Source: Bdellovibrionota bacterium
GTDB taxonomy: Bacteria; Bdellovibrionota_C; UBA2361
Direction of reading: 5' to 3'
DNA length: 19,393 nt
Assembly (NCBI GenBank): GCA_044352465.1
Contig: JBILDU010000056.1
Span: forward strand, 1 to 19,393
Each line of letters opens with the position of its first letter. The first letter of the stretch is position 1. A model generated the notes under the pieces. It had not been told where the DNA came from. It made no database searches and saw only the letters and a program-made list of their open reading frames with translations. Positions 15,351-19,393 of the stretch are shown here, piece by piece. The translations under genes were made by a program, and so were the position numbers.

Positions 15351-15611
15351 CAGGAGTAAGTAGTTGGAGGTAGTTGGGTTATCTACTGATATTCTGTGTC
15401 ACACAGCTATCCCAGGGGGCAGAACTCTGTTAGATAAGGTGCGGCGTCTGAACGTCCGTTAGGGAAGCGAGGGAGTGTGTCAGCGGGGCGGATGCTTGGC
15501 TCTCATAGTTTTGTGGGCAAGGGACTCATGATCCTCAGGCAGCGCCGGTGGTAGCGCGATTAAGGTAAGGCGCGAGTTAAGCGAGCCCGTATAGCTCCGT
15601 AAGCTTTCGTT

Positions 15612-17510
15612 ATGATGTCAGGTGAGAAACAGTTTGAGCGCGGTGCCCGAGCGGGAACGGTGAGCCTGACGTTAGGGGCGCTCGGTGTGGTGTTCGGTGA
15701 TATCGGAACATCCCCGCTCTATGCCCTGCGCGCCTGCTTTAGCGGTTCGTATCAGATACCTCTCACCCCCGAACACGTTCTGGGGATATTATCGCTTCTT
15801 TTTTGGTCGCTCCTCCTCGTTGTTTCGCTGAAGTATCTTTTTCTCGTCGCTCGGGCAAACAACCGTGGCGAGGGGGGTGGAATGGCGCAACTTGCGTTGA
15901 TCCACCGCTACACGCTGAGACGTGTTCGGGGTGTGCGGCGACTGTTCGTTTTTCTCGGGGTATTCGGCGCCGCGCTTATCTTCGGTGATGGGGCGCTCAC
16001 ACCGGTGATTTCAATCGTGAGTGCGGTCGAAGGGCTACCCCTGGCTGACCCGAGCCTTAGCCCGTACGTTGTCCCGGTCTCAGCGGCGCTCCTCACAGCG
16101 CTTTTTGTGCTGCAGCGGCGCGGGATGGGGCAGCTACCCCATTATTTCGGTCCGATCCTCCTTGTATGGTTTGTCACTTTGGGGGTTCTAGGGATTCGGG
16201 GTATCGCGCTTGAGCCGGGAGTGTTGGCAGCACTCAGCCCCGTGCCGGCGCTTCATTTTCTCTCCGTTGAGCCCGAGGTGGCTTTTCTTGTTTTGACTGC
16301 GGTAGTACTCGCTATTACGGGTGCTGAGGTTCTGTATGCGGAGATGGGGCGCTTCGGGATAAAGCCGATCCGGTGGGGGTGGTTCTTTATCGTATTACCC
16401 TCCCTCGTGCTCAATTATTTTGGACAAGGAGCGCTTCTCCTTAAGGATCCGACTGCATCGGGAAATCCGTTTTACATGCTCGCACCCCCTGAGTATCTCT
16501 ATCCGATTATCGTGCTGGCGATCTGCGCCGCTTTTATCGCTTCTCAGACTCTTATTGCAGGGGTTTTCTCGATCACCCAGCAAGCGGTACAGCTCGGGTA
16601 TCTCCCGCGACTCTCGATTCGGCACACGTCGGCCTCCCTTGTGCGGCAGATCTACATTCCGTTGGTGAATTGGGTCTTGTTCGGCGCCGTAATCTGGTTG
16701 CTCTATCATTTTCGGTCCACCGAGAACCTGGTCAACGCCTACGGCCTCGCGGTTTCAAGCACGATGGCGATAACCTCGGCGCTGACCTTGTTCGTAGCGC
16801 GGGTTCACTGGGCCTGGTCGTGGTGGCGAGTAGTCCCGCTGAGCCTCGTCTTGGCGGCGATCGACGGTGCCTTTCTCTTGGCTAACCTCGGCAAATTCCG
16901 TCACGGCGGCTGGTTCCCGATGTTGGTGGGTGTCCTCCTCTTCGGTATTATGGCGACGTGGTATCGCGGTCGGCAGATTCGCACGGAGAGGCTCCGCAGC
17001 GTTCTGATTCGGACCGAGCGCTTTATGCGGGAGATGGTGGCGGTGGTACCGAACCGCCTCCCCGGCACCGGGGTTTTTATGGCGCGCTCGCCTGAGCTGG
17101 TTCCACCTGCGCTCTTGCAGAACGTGCGTCACCACCACGTCTTACACGAGGTTACGATCCTCCTCGCCGTATTTACGGAGGAGGTGCCGTATGTGCCTCA
17201 AGATGCCCGGATCGAGATAGATCCGTTGGGCAAGGGTGTATACGGGGTGATCGTGCGGTACGGGTTCATGGATACCCCCAATATACCGGAGGCGCTGACC
17301 TCCCTCGGAGTGCATGGGATAGAGATCTCCGAGGAGACGACGACCTATTTTCTAAGTCGGGAGACCCTGGTGGCCACCGGGCTTCCCGGAATGGCGGTGT
17401 GGCGCGAGCGTCTATTCGCCTTCATGGCGCGTAATGCAGAGCGCGCCTGGACCTTTTTTCGGATTCCGAGCTCTCGGATCGTCGAGATCGGTTTGCAGAT
17501 CGAGTTGTAA
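15612..17510 (+). CDS. kup: KUP/HAK/KT family potassium transporter
   Basis: 632 aa. Motifs LGALGVVFGDIGTSPLYA, NRGEGG, FGDGALTP, LNYFGQGA, QIYIPLVNW, AYGLAV, GGWFP, YGFMDTP, TYFLSRET, WRERLF and C-terminal VEIGLQIEL. Confidence 0.96.
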   Translation: MMSGEKQFERGARAGTVSLTLGALGVVFGDIGTSPLYALRACFSGSYQIPLTPEHVLGILSLLFWSLLLVVSLKYLFLVARANNRGEGGGMAQLALIHRYTLRRVRGVRRLFVFLGVFGAALIFGDGALTPVISIVSAVEGLPLADPSLSPYVVPVSAALLTALFVLQRRGMGQLPHYFGPILLVWFVTLGVLGIRGIALEPGVLAALSPVPALHFLSVEPEVAFLVLTAVVLAITGAEVLYAEMGRFGIKPIRWGWFFIVLPSLVLNYFGQGALLLKDPTASGNPFYMLAPPEYLYPIIVLAICAAFIASQTLIAGVFSITQQAVQLGYLPRLSIRHTSASLVRQIYIPLVNWVLFGAVIWLLYHFRSTENLVNAYGLAVSSTMAITSALTLFVARVHWAWSWWRVVPLSLVLAAIDGAFLLANLGKFRHGGWFPMLVGVLLFGIMATWYRGRQIRTERLRSVLIRTERFMREMVAVVPNRLPGTGVFMARSPELVPPALLQNVRHHHVLHEVTILLAVFTEEVPYVPQDARIEIDPLGKGVYGVIVRYGFMDTPNIPEALTSLGVHGIEISEETTTYFLSRETLVATGLPGMAVWRERLFAFMARNAERAWTFFRIPSSRIVEIGLQIEL

Positions 17511-17604
17511 AGCCCCCGTCCCTTAACTTTCTGCCTCACAGCCCTGCCTGGATGTAACTTTCTGGCGATGCCGGGACGGAAGGCGCCGATGCGCCGTGTT
17601 TGAA

Positions 17605-19008
17605 TTACCTGGTGGAGTCCGTTGTGGCCCGGGTGATAGCACGGGCCACGTTCACGGCTTGAACTCGAATCTCTGGGACCGCGGTTGTCTCCCAGGCCGA
17701 GCCCCGTAAGAGTGGTCCGAGGGTCAGGAGTGAGGGACACACCGCGTCGGCGCGGTTGATCACGTATCCTGCGGAAGTTGCGCGGAGTCCGAGGCCGAGC
17801 GGGTCAGCGGAGATAAGTTCGTGGTCAAAGAGAGAGCGCAAAAGGGGTGATGTTGTGCGATCGAGTCGCGCCTCGGGCCCCGTGCAGTTGATAATCCGGT
17901 CAACGGTGAAGTGCCGCGTCGCGGTGGCCCCGCGATCACGGATCTCGAGCATGAAACCGTCTGCATGCGGCTCTACCGCAACAAGATTGCCCGCGAGGAT
18001 GCGGAGCTCGTTGGCTCGGCGTAGCGCCTCGATCTGAACGTGAAGCTCCGGTGCAAGGCGGTGACGGTGAATCTCCCAATATGATTTCAAATGACGCAGA
18101 AAGCGGCGTTGCTCTGATAGAGGAAGGTGTGTCCATAACTGGGGGGTGATACCTCTGAGAGAATCGATCACCGCTTGCCATCCAGCGCCCGTGGCCGCTT
18201 CCGCGCGAGCCTTCCGCAGCACGATCGCGCAGAGTTGGGCTATCGAAGTGGGGGCGCTGTCGAGACTAAGAGCCGGGGATACGGAGTTCCCCAGGCGATG
18301 GATAGCTGGGAGGAGACCTCGCCGGGAGAGTCCGATAAGTTCGCCGGTATGGCCCGTTTTTCGCAGGGCAATCACCCCGTCGACCATCGTAAGCCCCGTG
18401 CCGAGGAAGAGAACGCGCTCGCGTGGAGAGGCTTTTTCCCAGGGGCGTTCGCGCCACATATCGTGGGAATACCGGGGATGATCGAGGATTCGAAGACAAG
18501 CCGGGTGTCGGGTCGAAGGGACGACGTTCCCAAGAGCAAGAACTACGTAGTCGGCGGTGAGGCGCGAATCGTCCGCGAGGCTCAGGTGGTACGTTCCTTC
18601 GGTGACCTCGATCTGTGAAACGGTCGTGCGTCGATGGGTGAACGAGCCTCCGGTTGTTCGAACCGCTGCTGCGAGTGTTGCGACGACATACTCACCAAAG
18701 AGCTGACGTGGCGCGAAGATGTTCGCCTCGACGGGCGGGGTGAGATACGCCAGCGCCGGGTGATCGTGACTCGTTTGGAGCCAGTGAAGGAAGTGATTCG
18801 GCTCATCGGGGAGAAGCGACATCCGCCCGGCAGGGACGTTGAGGAGGTGATACGGCTCGCACGCCCCGAACGCGAGGCCCGGTCCGACGCGGGGCGCGGG
18901 CTCGACCACGGTGACGTGAAACGACTCTGTGGCCCGCAGAAGGTGGAACGCCACGGCGGCTCCACTAAACCCTCCTCCGATGATAACGACACGTGGTGGG
19001 CTTTTCAT
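17605..19008 (-). CDS. FAD/NAD(P)-binding oxidoreductase (YdhS-like family)
   Basis: Rossmann motif [34 protein letters not shown], second dinucleotide motif [32 protein letters not shown] and [13 protein letters not shown] 19008 overlaps the ung stop (ATGA). Confidence 0.88.
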   Translation of the reverse strand: MKSPPRVVIIGGGFSGAAVAFHLLRATESFHVTVVEPAPRVGPGLAFGACEPYHLLNVPAGRMSLLPDEPNHFLHWLQTSHDHPALAYLTPPVEANIFAPRQLFGEYVVATLAAAVRTTGGSFTHRRTTVSQIEVTEGTYHLSLADDSRLTADYVVLALGNVVPSTRHPACLRILDHPRYSHDMWRERPWEKASPRERVLFLGTGLTMVDGVIALRKTGHTGELIGLSRRGLLPAIHRLGNSVSPALSLDSAPTSIAQLCAIVLRKARAEAATGAGWQAVIDSLRGITPQLWTHLPLSEQRRFLRHLKSYWEIHRHRLAPELHVQIEALRRANELRILAGNLVAVEPHADGFMLEIRDRGATATRHFTVDRIINCTGPEARLDRTTSPLLRSLFDHELISADPLGLGLRATSAGYVINRADAVCPSLLTLGPLLRGSAWETTAVPEIRVQAVNVARAITRATTDSTR

Positions 19009-19393
19009 CCGAGCCGCCAATCGATTTCAGTGAGCCCGTGGCTTGAGAGATACGAATTCGCCTTGGAAAAATGACGACAACCGAGGAACCCGCGGTGGGC
19101 TGAGAGGGGGGAGGGATGAGGTGCGGTGAGGATGCAATGGCGCTGCCCGTCGATCATCGCCCCTTTTTTCTGGGCCGATCCTCCCCAGAGCATGAAGACG
19201 AGGTGTTCCCGTTTCTCGTTGAGCGCTCGAATAATCGTGTCGGTGAAACGTTCCCACCCGAGGTTTGCGTGCGACTGTGGTGCGCCGGCCCGAACGGTCA
19301 GGGTCGCATTAAGGAGCAGCACGCCCCGTTTGGCCCACGCCTCGAGACAGCCGTGTTCGGGGGGAGCGATACCGAGATCGCCGCGGAGCTCCT
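19005..19393 (-). CDS. ung: Uracil-DNA glycosylase, family 1 (3' part; 5' end outside window)
   Basis: [41 protein letters not shown], motif [12 protein letters not shown] and HFSKANSYL...IDW. The frame is open to the window edge. Confidence 0.95.
   Translation of the reverse strand, partial: ELRGDLGIAPPEHGCLEAWAKRGVLLLNATLTVRAGAPQSHANLGWERFTDTIIRALNEKREHLVFMLWGGSAQKKGAMIDGQRHCILTAPHPSPLSAHRGFLGCRHFSKANSYLSSHGLTEIDWRLG

Noticed and set aside
15249..15611. oriC
   Set aside because: Only one perfect DnaA box, no AT-rich unwinding element, and no dnaA/dnaN/gidA/parAB nearby.
17516..17579. TAACTTTCTG direct repeat (17524, 17555) inside CCGTCCC/GGGACGG arms between convergent genes
   Set aside because: Two copies only, so not a CRISPR array. 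Most likely part of a weak 3' structure.

Overview
GC-rich bacterial chromosomal window with 16 supportable CDSs. No tRNA, rRNA, CRISPR array, integrase or transposase was seen. From left to right: (1) a 446-aa regulator with two tandem MarR domains and a degenerate GNAT-like tail; (2) a ~390-bp highly structured spacer; (3) an ArsR/SmtB repressor divergent from a sulfane-sulfur detoxification operon (rhodanese-DUF2892, CstB-like persulfide dioxygenase-rhodanese fusion, TauE/SafE exporter); (4) an orphan, divergent flagellin; (5) an MFS transporter; (6) a GT4-TPR glycosyltransferase convergent with a methyltransferase-GT4-GT-B surface-glycan operon; (7) a secreted DxDxDG/DUF5666-like protein; (8) yceI; (9) kup; (10) an FAD/NAD(P)-binding oxidoreductase translationally coupled to ung, which is truncated at the window end. 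Most genes belong to known families. The most unexplained signal is at 1913-2040: two homologous hairpin units in inverted orientation, with a compensatory base-pair change in their stems and mutually complementary 22-nt loop segments, lying between the ArsR gene and the tandem-MarR gene. I cannot establish a new system from sequence alone. All family calls come from motif recognition by eye, not database searches.
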